Notes under the pieces: generated by a model | Database searches by the model: none | Seen by the model: only the letters and a program-made list of their open reading frames with translations | Told to the model about the DNA's origin: nothing | Part shown: piece by piece, positions 31,650 through 41,165 of the stretch | Layout: each line of letters starts with the position of its first letter | How positions within the stretch are numbered: the stretch's first letter is position 1 | DNA from: Vicinamibacteria bacterium | Lineage (GTDB): Bacteria > Acidobacteriota > Vicinamibacteria > Fen-336 | Assembly (NCBI GenBank): GCA_046331285.1 | Contig: JAXLRD010000013.1 | Location: 18,700 to 82,699, forward strand | Length of the DNA: 64,000 nt | Reading direction: 5' to 3' | Translations under genes and position numbers: made by a program

Positions 31650-32957
31650 TCAGGCGCGGGGCGGCGCGGCCGGCTGCACGTAGTCGCGCACGACGGGCGC
31701 CGCGACGGCGACCCCCGCGGCGAGCAGGACGGTGGCGACGCCGCCCGACACGACCGACACCGTCGCCCCGACGGCGGCGGAGGCGAACAGGGACGCCACG
31801 ATGCCGGCCTCGAGCTCTCCGAGCTGCGGCCCGCCCATGAAGAAGATCATGTTGACGGACGTCATCCGGCCCCGCAGCGCGTCCGGCGTGAGGAGCTGCC
31901 GCAGCGTCTGCCGGATCACGGTCGAGACGAGGTCGGCGAGCCCCGAGAGCGCGAGGGCGAGGAACGTGAGCCAGTAGCTGCGCGACAGGCCGTAGCCGAC
32001 CGTGGCGACGCCGTACGCGGCCACCGCGCCGAGCAGGAGGCGGCCCTGCCGCGCCGGCAGGTGGCGCACGGAGGTGTAGATCGACCCGGCCAGCGCGCCG
32101 AGGGCCGGCGCGGCCACGAGCCAGCCGTAGCCGGCCGGCCCGGAGTGGAGCACCTGGTCCGCGATGATGGGCAGGAGCGACAGCGAGCCCGCGAAGAAGG
32201 TCGCGACGAAGTCGAGGCCGGTGGTCCAGACCATGATCGGCGTGCGGAAGACGAAGCGCAGGCCGTCGCGGAGGGCGGAGAGCGGCGGCTCGGGTGCGCC
32301 GCCGGCGGCGACGACGCCCGGGGTGCGCATGAGCACGAGGGCGACGAGCACGCCGACGAACGACAGCGCGTTCAGCGCGTAGATGAGCGCGAGGCGCGTC
32401 GTGTCCTCGGAACCGCCGGCCCCGGCGAGCGCGCGCAGCCCGGCCGAAGGCACGCCGACCCCGGCGATGACGAGGCCGGCGAGGGCGGGGCCTCCGATCA
32501 TGGCCGCCTGGAACATCGTCAGGTTCATCGAGAGGGCGGACGCGATCTCGGCCGTCGGAACGAGGCGCGGCACCAGGGCCTGGCGGGCCGGGTTGTCGAA
32601 CGCGGTCGCCGCCGCGAGGAGGGCGTTGGCGCCGTAGAGGAGGGGGAGGCTCTCGCGCCCCGAGAGGGTGGCCACGGCGAGGGCCGCGGCCCCCGCCAGC
32701 ATCACCGACTGCGTCGCGAACATGACCCGCCGCCGGTCGTAGCGGTCGGCCGTCACCCCGCCGAACAGGGAGAAGGCGAGGATCGGCAGGACGCGCGTGA
32801 GGCCGAGGGCCCCCAGGGCGAGGGGAGACCGGGTGATGAGGTACACGTGCCAGTGCAGCGCGACCGTCTGCATCTGCGAGCCCGTGAGGGACACGAACTG
32901 CGACAGCCAGAGCAGGCGGAAGTCGCGGTGGCGAAGGACGTGGTAAGGCCGGCTCAA
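31650..32957 (-). CDS. MFS transporter (EntS/MFS_3-like)
   Basis: HRDFRLLWLSQFVSLTGSQMQ...GGVTADRYDRRRV, with 12 predicted helices. TTG start. Confidence 0.85.
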   Translation of the reverse strand: MSRPYHVLRHRDFRLLWLSQFVSLTGSQMQTVALHWHVYLITRSPLALGALGLTRVLPILAFSLFGGVTADRYDRRRVMFATQSVMLAGAAALAVATLSGRESLPLLYGANALLAAATAFDNPARQALVPRLVPTAEIASALSMNLTMFQAAMIGGPALAGLVIAGVGVPSAGLRALAGAGGSEDTTRLALIYALNALSFVGVLVALVLMRTPGVVAAGGAPEPPLSALRDGLRFVFRTPIMVWTTGLDFVATFFAGSLSLLPIIADQVLHSGPAGYGWLVAAPALGALAGSIYTSVRHLPARQGRLLLGAVAAYGVATVGYGLSRSYWLTFLALALSGLADLVSTVIRQTLRQLLTPDALRGRMTSVNMIFFMGGPQLGELEAGIVASLFASAAVGATVSVVSGGVATVLLAAGVAVAAPVVRDYVQPAAPPRA

Positions 32958-32994
32958 GAGTCCCCCAGTATCCCACGCCGGCCGCGCGGCCTGC

Positions 32995-33000
32995 TATTCT
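32995..33000 (+). promoter_or_regulatory. candidate -10 box TATTCT 9 nt upstream of the methyltransferase ATG
   Basis: ctgcTATTCTccgcgaacgATG, with no SD. Confidence 0.3.
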
Positions 33001-33009
33001 CCGCGAACG

Positions 33010-34134
33010 ATGCCGCTCATAAAGCCGCTCGCGCCGCTCGTGGACCTCTCGTCCCGCCGCGGCTCGTTCCGCTTCCGCAGCCGCGTGCGCGAGGCGAGCC
33101 GCCACGTGTTCGCGGTCGACGTCTACTCCCACCTGCGCGAGCGCCACCCCGAGACGCACGTCGGCTACTGGGTCTTCCCCCTCCCCGAGGGCGAAGCCGA
33201 GACCACGATCGGCCTCGACCTCACGACGATCGGTCCCGGCTCCGTCTGGAAGGAGACCCCGGGCGGACGCGAGGCCGCGATCGACTCGTGGTCGAACCCC
33301 GGGTACGTGTTCGACCCGGTCCTCGGCATCCAGCTCGTGCTGCGGAGGGACGGCCGCGTCCTCGAGAACCGCTTCGTCACCGGCCGCGTCGGCGGGGTCG
33401 AGGTGCTCAAGCGCTACTACCACGACGTGCACGCGCAGGAGGGCTACACGCCGAGCGAGCCCTTCCTCTTCGAGCTGCACGACGCGATGCTGCGGCGGCT
33501 GGAGCGGCTCTGGCTGAAGCACGTGCCCCGCGGCGGGCGCGTCCTCGACGCCGGCTGCGGCCGGAGCCTCTTCACCGAGGTCCGGCCCGACTGGCCCTTC
33601 CGGATCGTGGCCGGCGACGTCGACTACGACCTCATCGCCTCGCGCAAGCGCGAGTTCCCCGCCGTGCGCTGGTTCCTGAGCCACGCCGACGTGCTGCCCT
33701 TCCGCGACGCGAGCTTCGACGCTCTCTTCGCCGGCGAGCTCATCGAGCACCTCGACGACCCGGCCCGCGGCCTCCGCGAGTTCCGCCGCGTGCTCAAGCC
33801 GGGCGGCCGGCTGATCCTTACGACGCCCAACCGCCTGCGCCTCGCGAACGTGGCCGACGGCTCGGAGCGGCCCTACGGCCCCGACCACCTGAGCGAGCTG
33901 TCCTACGACGAGCTCCTCGCCTTCTTCCCCGCCCAGGGCTTCACCCTCGTCGAGAAGACGGGCGTCCACCTCGAGCTCTTCCTGAACTGGCTCTCGCCGC
34001 TGCCGAAGCTCGACCGGCTGCAGCGAACGTGGAACCGCCGATGGGCGATCCCGCTCATGCGGGCGATGCTCGCGGCGGGCGCCCTCGCGCCGCGGTACGC
34101 CCTCGACCTCATCTTCGTCGCGAAGCGGGACTAG
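33010..34134 (+). CDS. class I SAM-dependent methyltransferase with an N-terminal extension of about 170 aa of unknown function
   Basis: Motif I RVLDAGCGRSLF, motif post-II FDALFAGELIEHL and LKPGGRLILTTPN. I do not recognise the N-terminal half. Confidence 0.8.
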   Translation: MPLIKPLAPLVDLSSRRGSFRFRSRVREASRHVFAVDVYSHLRERHPETHVGYWVFPLPEGEAETTIGLDLTTIGPGSVWKETPGGREAAIDSWSNPGYVFDPVLGIQLVLRRDGRVLENRFVTGRVGGVEVLKRYYHDVHAQEGYTPSEPFLFELHDAMLRRLERLWLKHVPRGGRVLDAGCGRSLFTEVRPDWPFRIVAGDVDYDLIASRKREFPAVRWFLSHADVLPFRDASFDALFAGELIEHLDDPARGLREFRRVLKPGGRLILTTPNRLRLANVADGSERPYGPDHLSELSYDELLAFFPAQGFTLVEKTGVHLELFLNWLSPLPKLDRLQRTWNRRWAIPLMRAMLAAGALAPRYALDLIFVAKRD

Positions 34135-34152
34135 CCGCTCCGGCGCGGCGGC

Positions 34153-35760
34153 CTAGAAGCGGAAGACGCCGAACTTCGTCTCCGGGAAGGGCGCGTTGAG
34201 AGCGGCCGAGAGCCCCAGGGCCAGGACGGTCCGGGTGTCGGCGGGAGCGATGATCCCGTCGTCCCAGAGCCGCGCCGTCGAGTAGTACGGGCTCCCCTCC
34301 TCCTCGTACTTGGCGAGGATCGGCGCGCGGAGGGCCTCCGTCTCCTCCGCGCTCATCGGCTTTCCCTGCCGGGCCCGCTGCTCCTGCTTCACCTGGGTCA
34401 GGACCGACGCCGCCTGCTCGCCGCCCATCACGCTGATGCGGGCGTTCGGCCACATCCACAGCTGGCGCGGCTGGAACGCGCGGCCGCACATGCCGTAGTT
34501 GCCGGCCCCGAAGCTGCCCCCGATCACGACGGTGAACTTCGGCACCGCGGCGTTCGCGACCGCGTGGACCATCTTGGCCCCGTCCTTCGCGATCCCGCGC
34601 TGCTCGTACTCCCGGCCGACGATGAAGCCGGTGATGTTCTGGAGGAAGACGAGCGGCACGCGCCGCTCGCAGCACATCGAGACGAAGTGCGTGGCCTTGA
34701 GCGCGCTCTCGGAGAAGAGGACCCCGTTGTTGGCGAGGATTCCGACCGGGTAGCCGGCGATGCGGGCGAAGCCGGTGACGAGCGTCGCGCCGTAGAGCTC
34801 CTTCCACTCGGAGAAGCGGCTGCCGTCGACGATCCGCGCGATCACTTCGCGCACGTCGTAGGCGCGGCGCGCCGCGCGGGGCACGACGCCGCCGAGCTCG
34901 GCCGGGTCGTAGGCCGGCTCCTCCGGCTCCTCGACCTCCCACGGCGGCGACTTGCGCGACGTGAGGGTGCCGACCACGTCGCGGGCCCGCGCGAGCGCGT
35001 CCTCCTCGTCGTGGGCGCAGTGGTCGGCGACGCCGCTCGTGCGGGCGTGCACGTCGGCTCCCCCGAGATCCTCGGCCGTCACCTCCTCGCCGGTCGCCGC
35101 CTTCACGAGGGGCGGCCCGCCGAGGAAGATCGTGCCGCGGCCCTTCACGATGATCGTCTCGTCGCTCATCGCCGGCACGTACGCCCCGCCGGCCGTGCAG
35201 GAGCCGAGCACGACGCTCACCTGAGCGAGGCCGGCCGCGCTCATGCGCGCCTCGTTGTAGAAGATCCGGCCGAAGTGGTCGCGGTCGGGAAAGACCTCGG
35301 CCTGCATCGGCAGGAAGGCCCCGCCCGAGTCGACGAGGTAGACGCAGGGCAGGCGGTTCTCGAGCGCGATCTCCTGGGCCCGCAGGTGCTTCTTCACGGT
35401 GAGGGGGAAGTACGTCCCGCCCTTCACCGTCGCGTCGTTCGCGACGACCATCACCTCGCGGCCGCGGACGCGGCCGACGCCGCACACGATCCCGGCCGAC
35501 GGCGCCTGGCCCTCGTAGAGGTCGAATGCGGCGAGGGCGCCGATCTCGAGGAAGGGCGTCCCAGCATCGAGAAGGCGCTCGATCCGCTCGCGGACGAGCC
35601 CCTTGCCCTGCGCCCGGTGCCGCGCGACCGCCTCCTCCCCGCCGCCCTGCCGCGCCTCGGCCAGGCGCTCGCGCAGCCGCGCCACGAGGCCGTCCATGTG
35701 GGCGGCGTTCTCGCGGAACTCGGCGGACGAGCGGTCGACGCGGGACTCGAGGACCGCCAC
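34153..35760 (-). CDS. liuB: methylcrotonyl-CoA carboxylase beta (carboxyltransferase) subunit
   Basis: [56 protein letters not shown]...[16 protein letters not shown] is the diagnostic MCCase-beta pattern. Confidence 0.93.
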   Translation of the reverse strand: MAVLESRVDRSSAEFRENAAHMDGLVARLRERLAEARQGGGEEAVARHRAQGKGLVRERIERLLDAGTPFLEIGALAAFDLYEGQAPSAGIVCGVGRVRGREVMVVANDATVKGGTYFPLTVKKHLRAQEIALENRLPCVYLVDSGGAFLPMQAEVFPDRDHFGRIFYNEARMSAAGLAQVSVVLGSCTAGGAYVPAMSDETIIVKGRGTIFLGGPPLVKAATGEEVTAEDLGGADVHARTSGVADHCAHDEEDALARARDVVGTLTSRKSPPWEVEEPEEPAYDPAELGGVVPRAARRAYDVREVIARIVDGSRFSEWKELYGATLVTGFARIAGYPVGILANNGVLFSESALKATHFVSMCCERRVPLVFLQNITGFIVGREYEQRGIAKDGAKMVHAVANAAVPKFTVVIGGSFGAGNYGMCGRAFQPRQLWMWPNARISVMGGEQAASVLTQVKQEQRARQGKPMSAEETEALRAPILAKYEEEGSPYYSTARLWDDGIIAPADTRTVLALGLSAALNAPFPETKFGVFRF

Positions 35761-35763
35761 GCG

Positions 35764-36885
35764 TCAGTCCCCGAGGCAGATCCCGAGCTCGCGCGCGGTC
35801 AGGATCGTGTCGCAGTCGAGGGGAACGACCTTCATCCGGGCGGTGGCCTCGGCGAGCGGCACGTAGCGCACGGTGGGCGGGTCGAGGGCGACCATCACGC
35901 CCGTCTTGCCGGCCCGCAGCGCGCGGACGGCTGCCGCGCCGAAGCGCAGGGAGATGAGGCGGTCGAAGGTCGTCGGCGAGCCGCCGCGGAGGAGGTGGCC
36001 GAGGACGACCACCCGCGTGTCGTGGCCGGTCGCCGCGCGCACGGCCTCCGCGACCTTCTCGCCCGCCCCGCCCAGCCGCTCGGCGGAGCCGGCCTTCTTC
36101 TCGACGACGGAGAAGCCGCCGCCCTTCGGCCGCGCCCCCTCGGCCACCACGACGATCGCGAACCCGCGTCCCTGCGAGTAGCGCTCCTGGATCTTCGCCG
36201 CCACCACCTCCATGTCGTACGGGATCTCGGGGATGAGGATGACGTCGGCGGTGCCGGAGACGCCCGCGTTGAGCGCGATCCAGCCGGCGTAGCGGCCCAT
36301 CACCTCGACGACCATCACGCGGCGGTGGGACGCGGCCGTCGAGTGCAGCCGGTCGAGGCACTCGGTCGCGAACGAGACCGCGGTGTCGAAGCCGAACGTC
36401 GCGACCGTCTTGCTGAGGTCGTTGTCGATCGTCTTCGGGACGCCGACGATCCGCACGCCCTTCTGGGCGAGCGCGTTCGCGATCGTGAGCGAGCCGTCGC
36501 CGCCGATCGCGACCACCGCGTCGATCCCGTTCGCGCGGAGCTTCGCCGCGAGCTCCTCGGTGCGGTCGGTCTCGACGACGGTGCCGTCCGGCTGCCGGAC
36601 GGGGTACTTCATCGGGTTGCCGGCGTTCGTCGTCCCGATGATCGTCCCGCCGAGGTGGGTGATCCCGCGCACGGCCTTGGCGTCGAGGGGAATGAGCCCG
36701 CCGTCGGGATACTGCTCGGGCAGGAAGACGCCGTTGTAGCCGTCGCGGATGCCGACGACCTCCCAGCCGACGTCGCGCGCGGCCAGCACGACCGAGCGGA
36801 TGACGGCGTTGAGGCCCGGGGCGTCGCCTCCTCCGGTGCTCACGCCGATGCGGCGAATGCCCTCGTGGCCGGCGGACTTTGTCAT
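35764..36885 (-). CDS. pfk: 6-phosphofructokinase (ATP/PPi specificity unclear: GGDGS but PKTIDND)
   Basis: GGGDAPGLNAVIR...AIGGDGSL...VGVPKTIDNDL...VMGRYAGW. Its stop lies 3 nt before the liuB start. Confidence 0.9.
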   Translation of the reverse strand: MTKSAGHEGIRRIGVSTGGGDAPGLNAVIRSVVLAARDVGWEVVGIRDGYNGVFLPEQYPDGGLIPLDAKAVRGITHLGGTIIGTTNAGNPMKYPVRQPDGTVVETDRTEELAAKLRANGIDAVVAIGGDGSLTIANALAQKGVRIVGVPKTIDNDLSKTVATFGFDTAVSFATECLDRLHSTAASHRRVMVVEVMGRYAGWIALNAGVSGTADVILIPEIPYDMEVVAAKIQERYSQGRGFAIVVVAEGARPKGGGFSVVEKKAGSAERLGGAGEKVAEAVRAATGHDTRVVVLGHLLRGGSPTTFDRLISLRFGAAAVRALRAGKTGVMVALDPPTVRYVPLAEATARMKVVPLDCDTILTARELGICLGD

Positions 36886-36895
36886 CGCAACCTCT

Positions 36896-38251
36896 CTAGT
36901 CGAGCCCCAGCTCGGGGGCCTTCTTGAAGACCGCGAGGCCGAGCAGGCACCCGATCGCCAGGTAGGAGTAGGACTGCACGAAGGCGCGCAGGAAGCTTCC
37001 CGCGAAGGGCACGAGGCCGAGAGCCGTCCCCGCCGCCAACTCGACGAGCGCGAGCGCGGTGTAGAGGAGCATCGCGGTCCAGTACGTCGATCCCATCCGG
37101 CGCATCGCGTCGAGCCCGACGAGGGGGTTGAGCGTCCGCACGAAGGAGCGGGAGATGGCGCCGGCCACGAGCGCGATCGGCGAGTACACGAGCTTCCACA
37201 GGAGGGCGAGCACGTAGGCGCCGATCGCCCAGGCGGGCACGAGCGGCTCTTCCGGGCCCCCCGCGTCGTCGGGTACGGACGGCTCGGCTCCGGAGTGATC
37301 GGCCTCGGGCGCGGCCGCCTCCTCCTCGCCGGCCTCGCTCCCGGCCCCGTCGTCGCCGACGGCCGCGGCGAGCGCCGGGGGGACGGTCGGCTCGGGGGTC
37401 GGCGAGGGCGTCGCCTCGATCACCGCCGCCGCACGCTCCCCGGCCACGACGCGGGCGACGTCGGACGGCGGGTAGAGGAAGGAGAGCGCGACGAGGGGGC
37501 CGGAGCTGACGAGGAGGGCGGCGATCCCGACCCGCAGCGGACCCGCGAGATCGGCGATGTCGCCGATGTCCGGCATGAAGCCGCTCAGGTCGCCGCCCGA
37601 CACGCGGTTGATCGCGGTGAAAGCGTACGCGTAGAGGAGCCCCTGCGAGAAGACGATGCCGAACCCTCCGCCGAGAGCCGCGATCGAAGCGGCGACGGCG
37701 AACACGCCGACGACGATCGCGAACAGGACGAAGGCGACCGGGTCCGTGAACGGGTAGCGGAGGATCGCACCCGTCTCCGCGGTGAGCGGCCGTGCGCGCT
37801 GGCGGGCCCTCGCCTCCTTCGCCTCGCGCTCCGCCGTCGGGACGCAGAGCGCGTCGCAGCTCGAGCACATGACGGCGGTGCCCTGCCGGCGGAGGCACTC
37901 CGCGCACCAGCCCCTGCCGCAGGCCCCGCAGACGGCTTCCGACGGACGATCGGCGTGGGCGGCGCAGCGGCGCCAGCCCGACGTGCGGGCCGGGGACGGC
38001 AGGCGCGGGGGCGGTGCGGGCCGCGGCGACGGAGCGAGGGGCGACGCCGCGGGCCTGGGCGACGGAGGCCGCGGTGCGGCGGCCGTCTCGGGCGGGCGAG
38101 GCGCGGCCGCCGGCGGCGCGGGGGCCAGGCTCGCCTCGGCCACGGCGAAGGAGGCTCCGCAGCCGCCGCACTTCGCGCGGAGGCCCGGGACCTTCTCCTT
38201 GTCCGGGGGCACGCGAATCGCGCGACGGCACCCGGGGCACAGAACGGTCAT
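36896..38251 (-). CDS. MJ0042-type zinc ribbon + B-box-like Cys cluster + polytopic membrane domain protein
   Basis: MTVLCPGCRRAIRVP...AKCGGCGASFAV (CxxC...CxxC). A Pro-rich linker, then CAAH...CGACGRGWCAECL...CSSC. Then 6 or more TM helices interrupted by an acidic Pro/Glu-rich loop. Confidence 0.75.
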   Translation of the reverse strand: MTVLCPGCRRAIRVPPDKEKVPGLRAKCGGCGASFAVAEASLAPAPPAAAPRPPETAAAPRPPSPRPAASPLAPSPRPAPPPRLPSPARTSGWRRCAAHADRPSEAVCGACGRGWCAECLRRQGTAVMCSSCDALCVPTAEREAKEARARQRARPLTAETGAILRYPFTDPVAFVLFAIVVGVFAVAASIAALGGGFGIVFSQGLLYAYAFTAINRVSGGDLSGFMPDIGDIADLAGPLRVGIAALLVSSGPLVALSFLYPPSDVARVVAGERAAAVIEATPSPTPEPTVPPALAAAVGDDGAGSEAGEEEAAAPEADHSGAEPSVPDDAGGPEEPLVPAWAIGAYVLALLWKLVYSPIALVAGAISRSFVRTLNPLVGLDAMRRMGSTYWTAMLLYTALALVELAAGTALGLVPFAGSFLRAFVQSYSYLAIGCLLGLAVFKKAPELGLD

Positions 38252-38284
38252 CGGCCGCCCTCCGCGCGGCGATTATAGCCGCCG

Positions 38285-39052
38285 CTAGAGGATCGTCCGC
38301 TTCTCGAAGCTGCGCGCGCCGAGGTAGACGAAGAGCACGAGGAAGAACGCGAGGCCGCCGAGGAGGAGCGGCAGCGGCATGTGCGGCCCGGCCGGCGTGA
38401 CGGCGAGGCGCATCGCCTCGCTGATGAACGTGAGCGGGTTCAGCAGGAAGAGGTACTGGAACGGCCCGATCGCCGAGAGCTGCGCGTAGGGATAGTAGGC
38501 GCAGCCGAAGAGCATCATCGGCCCGAGGACGACGGCGAAGAGCAGCCCCGCGAAGCGCGGCTGGACCTTCGTCCCGAGCGTGAGCCCGAACGCCGCGGAG
38601 ATGAGGCCGCAGACGGCCACGAGCGGCAGCAGGAGCGACCACGTCGGCCGTACGTCGCCCATGCCGACGCCGTGCATCAGGAGGATCATCGCCGGCCCGG
38701 CCACGAGGCCCGCGGCCGCGGCGTGGATCGCGCCGGCCACCACGCGCTCGAGCGACACGCCGAGCACGCTGATCGGCGCGAGCAGGCGCTCGTCGACCTC
38801 GCGCGTGCCGGAGAGGTCCTGGGTCAGCGGGATGAGGACGCCCTGCACGCCGGCCATCAGGACCGCGATCGCCATGAGCCCGGGGAGCATCACCGTGCCG
38901 AAGCCGGCCGCGACCAGCCCGAGGCGCGGGAGGATGTTGCCGAACACGAGGATGACGAGGACCGGCTGGGTGAGGGTCGAGGCGAGCAGGTAGACGACGT
39001 GGCGCGAGGCGACCACGAGGTCCCGCCGCAGGAGGGCGAGGAAGGCGGTCAT
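38285..39052 (-). CDS. ABC-2 type transporter permease
   Basis: 255 aa with six helices and an ABC-2 pattern. ATG 39052 overlaps the stop of the ATPase gene. Confidence 0.85.
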   Translation of the reverse strand: MTAFLALLRRDLVVASRHVVYLLASTLTQPVLVILVFGNILPRLGLVAAGFGTVMLPGLMAIAVLMAGVQGVLIPLTQDLSGTREVDERLLAPISVLGVSLERVVAGAIHAAAAGLVAGPAMILLMHGVGMGDVRPTWSLLLPLVAVCGLISAAFGLTLGTKVQPRFAGLLFAVVLGPMMLFGCAYYPYAQLSAIGPFQYLFLLNPLTFISEAMRLAVTPAGPHMPLPLLLGGLAFFLVLFVYLGARSFEKRTIL

Positions 39053-40032
39053 TCGCGGAGCCCCCTTCCGGTGAGGTGGATGTAGACGTCTTCGAGGCTC
39101 GGCTGCGCGAGGTTCACGTGCTGGAGGTCCGCCCCGCCGTCGCGCACGACCCGCAGGACGCGGTCGAGGAGGCCATCGGCGGGATCGACGAACAGGCGCA
39201 GCCGCTCGACGCCCTCGTCTCCGCTCTCCGAGGCGCTCTTCTCCACCGCCTCGAGGTTGAGGACGCCCGGCACCTCGCGCAGCCGCGGCGCGAGGGACTC
39301 CCTCGCGTGGACCCACAAGTCGAGGACCTGCCCGCCGGGCAGCCCGCGCTTGAGGGCCGCCGGGGTGTCGAGGGTGAGCACTCTGCCGTGGTCGACGACC
39401 GCGAGGCGCTGGCAGAGCCGGTCGGCCTCCTCCATGTAGTGCGTCGTCAGGATGAACGTGACGCCGCGCGCGTGGAGCGCGCGCAGCGTGTCCCAGAGGA
39501 GACGGCGCGCCTGCGGGTCGAGGCCCGTCGTCGGCTCGTCGAGGAGCACCACCTTCGGGTCGTGCATGAGAGCGCGGGCGATCATCACGCGCTGCTGCTG
39601 CCCGCCCGAGAGGGTGAGGGGCTTGGCGTCCGCCTTGTCGGCGATCTGGAGCTCGTCGAGGAGCCGGCTCGCCCGGGCCTCGCGCTCGGCGGCGGCGAGG
39701 CCGAAGTAGCGGCCGTGGTACGTGAGCACCTCGCGGACCGTGAGGTCGCGGTCGAGGTTGCGGTTCTGCGGCACGACGGCGATGCGCCGCTTCGCTCCGC
39801 TCGGGTCCTTCACGACGTCGACGCCGCCCACGAGGATGCGGCCCGAGGTCGGGCGGACGAGCGTCGAGATGCAGCCGAGGGTCGTGCTCTTGCCCGCGCC
39901 GTTCGGGCCGAGGAGGCCGAAGAACTCGCCCGGCTCGACCGAGAAGGACACGCCGCGGACGGCCTCGACCGGCGGGGCCTTGCGCGTCCCCGGGTACGTC
40001 TTCACCAGGCTCTCGACGCTCAGGATGCTCAT
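39049..40032 (-). CDS. ABC transporter ATP-binding protein
   Basis: Walker A GLLGPNGAGKST, signature LSGGQQQRV and Walker B VVLLDEPTTGLD. ATG 40032 forms an ATGA overlap with the upstream frame-B stop. Confidence 0.92.
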   Translation of the reverse strand: MSILSVESLVKTYPGTRKAPPVEAVRGVSFSVEPGEFFGLLGPNGAGKSTTLGCISTLVRPTSGRILVGGVDVVKDPSGAKRRIAVVPQNRNLDRDLTVREVLTYHGRYFGLAAAEREARASRLLDELQIADKADAKPLTLSGGQQQRVMIARALMHDPKVVLLDEPTTGLDPQARRLLWDTLRALHARGVTFILTTHYMEEADRLCQRLAVVDHGRVLTLDTPAALKRGLPGGQVLDLWVHARESLAPRLREVPGVLNLEAVEKSASESGDEGVERLRLFVDPADGLLDRVLRVVRDGGADLQHVNLAQPSLEDVYIHLTGRGLRE

Positions 40033-41158
40033 GCGCGGGAAATCGATGCTAGCACGGCCGTCGCGGGCGCCTCCTCGCACGGGCCCAGCCGGTCGGCGAG
40101 GGCCTGCGGATCGGCGAGGTGCGCCAGCAGCAGATCCGCGCGCCGCACCGCCTCGACGAAGGTCGCGTCGTCGGGCGATCCCCCGCCCGCGTCCCGGCCG
40201 AGCTCGGCGCGCAGCACGGCGAGCGCCACCGCGAGGCCGAGGGCGGTGCTGCGCAGGCCGCGGCCCTGCAGCGCCAGCCAGCTCGCGAAGGCCCGCGCCG
40301 AGCCAGCGCCGCGCGGGCCCGTGGAGGGACGAGGGCAGCGGGCGGCGTCGATCGGCGGACGCGCCGGGCCGGGTGCCCGGCCGGGACCGTGCCCGCGACC
40401 AGAGCCCCGCCCGCGGCGGGATCGAGCTCCGCCCAGGCCGCCGCCGCGGCGACGGCGGCCGGCTCGGGCGAAGCCAGCGCGCGTTCGAAGGCCGCCTCGA
40501 AGGGCCCGCGCTCGGGCCGCCAGGCGCGGGCCGACTCGGCGGCGGCCCCGATCCGCGCGACGGCCGCGGTCGGCGAGAGCGACTCGTCGGCGAGGACCGC
40601 GACCGCCTTCGTCTCCCACCGCTCGAGGGCGGGCCAGCTCGCGAGAACCCCCGGGCGCAGCAGCGGCGGAAGGGCCTCGCGGGCGTCGAGGCCCTCGAAC
40701 GGCCACGACGCCGGGAAGGCCGGCGGGGACTCGACGATCGAGAGCGGCACCGGACGGAGGAGGAGCGCGGCCGCGGTCGGGCAGTAGTGCGACAGCGTGA
40801 CCGACACGCCGAGCGGCGTCAGCGTCGCGACGCGCGGGAACTGCCGGCAGGCCGACGCCAGCGCGTCCTCGCCGAGCCGCGCGTGGACGGCGCAGCGGCT
40901 CTTCGGGCCGGGCTCCTGGAACACGCAGCGCCCGCTCGCCGCGTCACGCGCGAGGACGACGCGCGCGCCGTGCGGCAGGCCGGCCCGGGGCCGCAGGGCC
41001 TCCGCCGGGAGGAGGATGCCCGCGGCGAGGGCGCGGCGGATCCCGGCCTCCGCCTCCGGCTCGACCGGGATGTCCCACCCGGAGGCGCAGCAGACGCCGG
41101 TGTCGCCGCAGCGGTACGACGCGTGGAGCGACAGCGAGCGGACGCGCGGGAACGGCAC
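40029..41158 (-). pseudogene. YkgJ/FliB-like Cys-cluster protein gene interrupted by a frame change (or indel error)
   Basis: N-terminal 260 codons in the frame of ORF 40049-41158 (HASYRCGDTGVCCASGWDIPVE...). After about 40390 that frame becomes Arg/Pro junk. The frame of ORF 40029-40706 gives a protein-like tail (SARAFASWLALQG...FVEAVRRADLLLAHLADP) that ends in ATGA coupling with the ABC gene. Confidence 0.6.
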
Positions 41159-41165
41159 GCGCGCC

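Noticed and set aside
34109-36361. 750-aa minus-strand ORF and the 787-aa plus-strand ORF 34564-36927
   Set aside because: Both overlap liuB and pfk, which have unambiguous family motifs in another frame. Their translations are Arg/Gly-rich.
40049-40400. C-terminal 115 codons of track ORF 40049-41158 as the genuine end of the Cys-cluster protein
   Set aside because: The sequence turns into Arg/Pro/Cys-rich junk. The other frame gives a plausible helical tail and proper ATGA coupling with the next gene.
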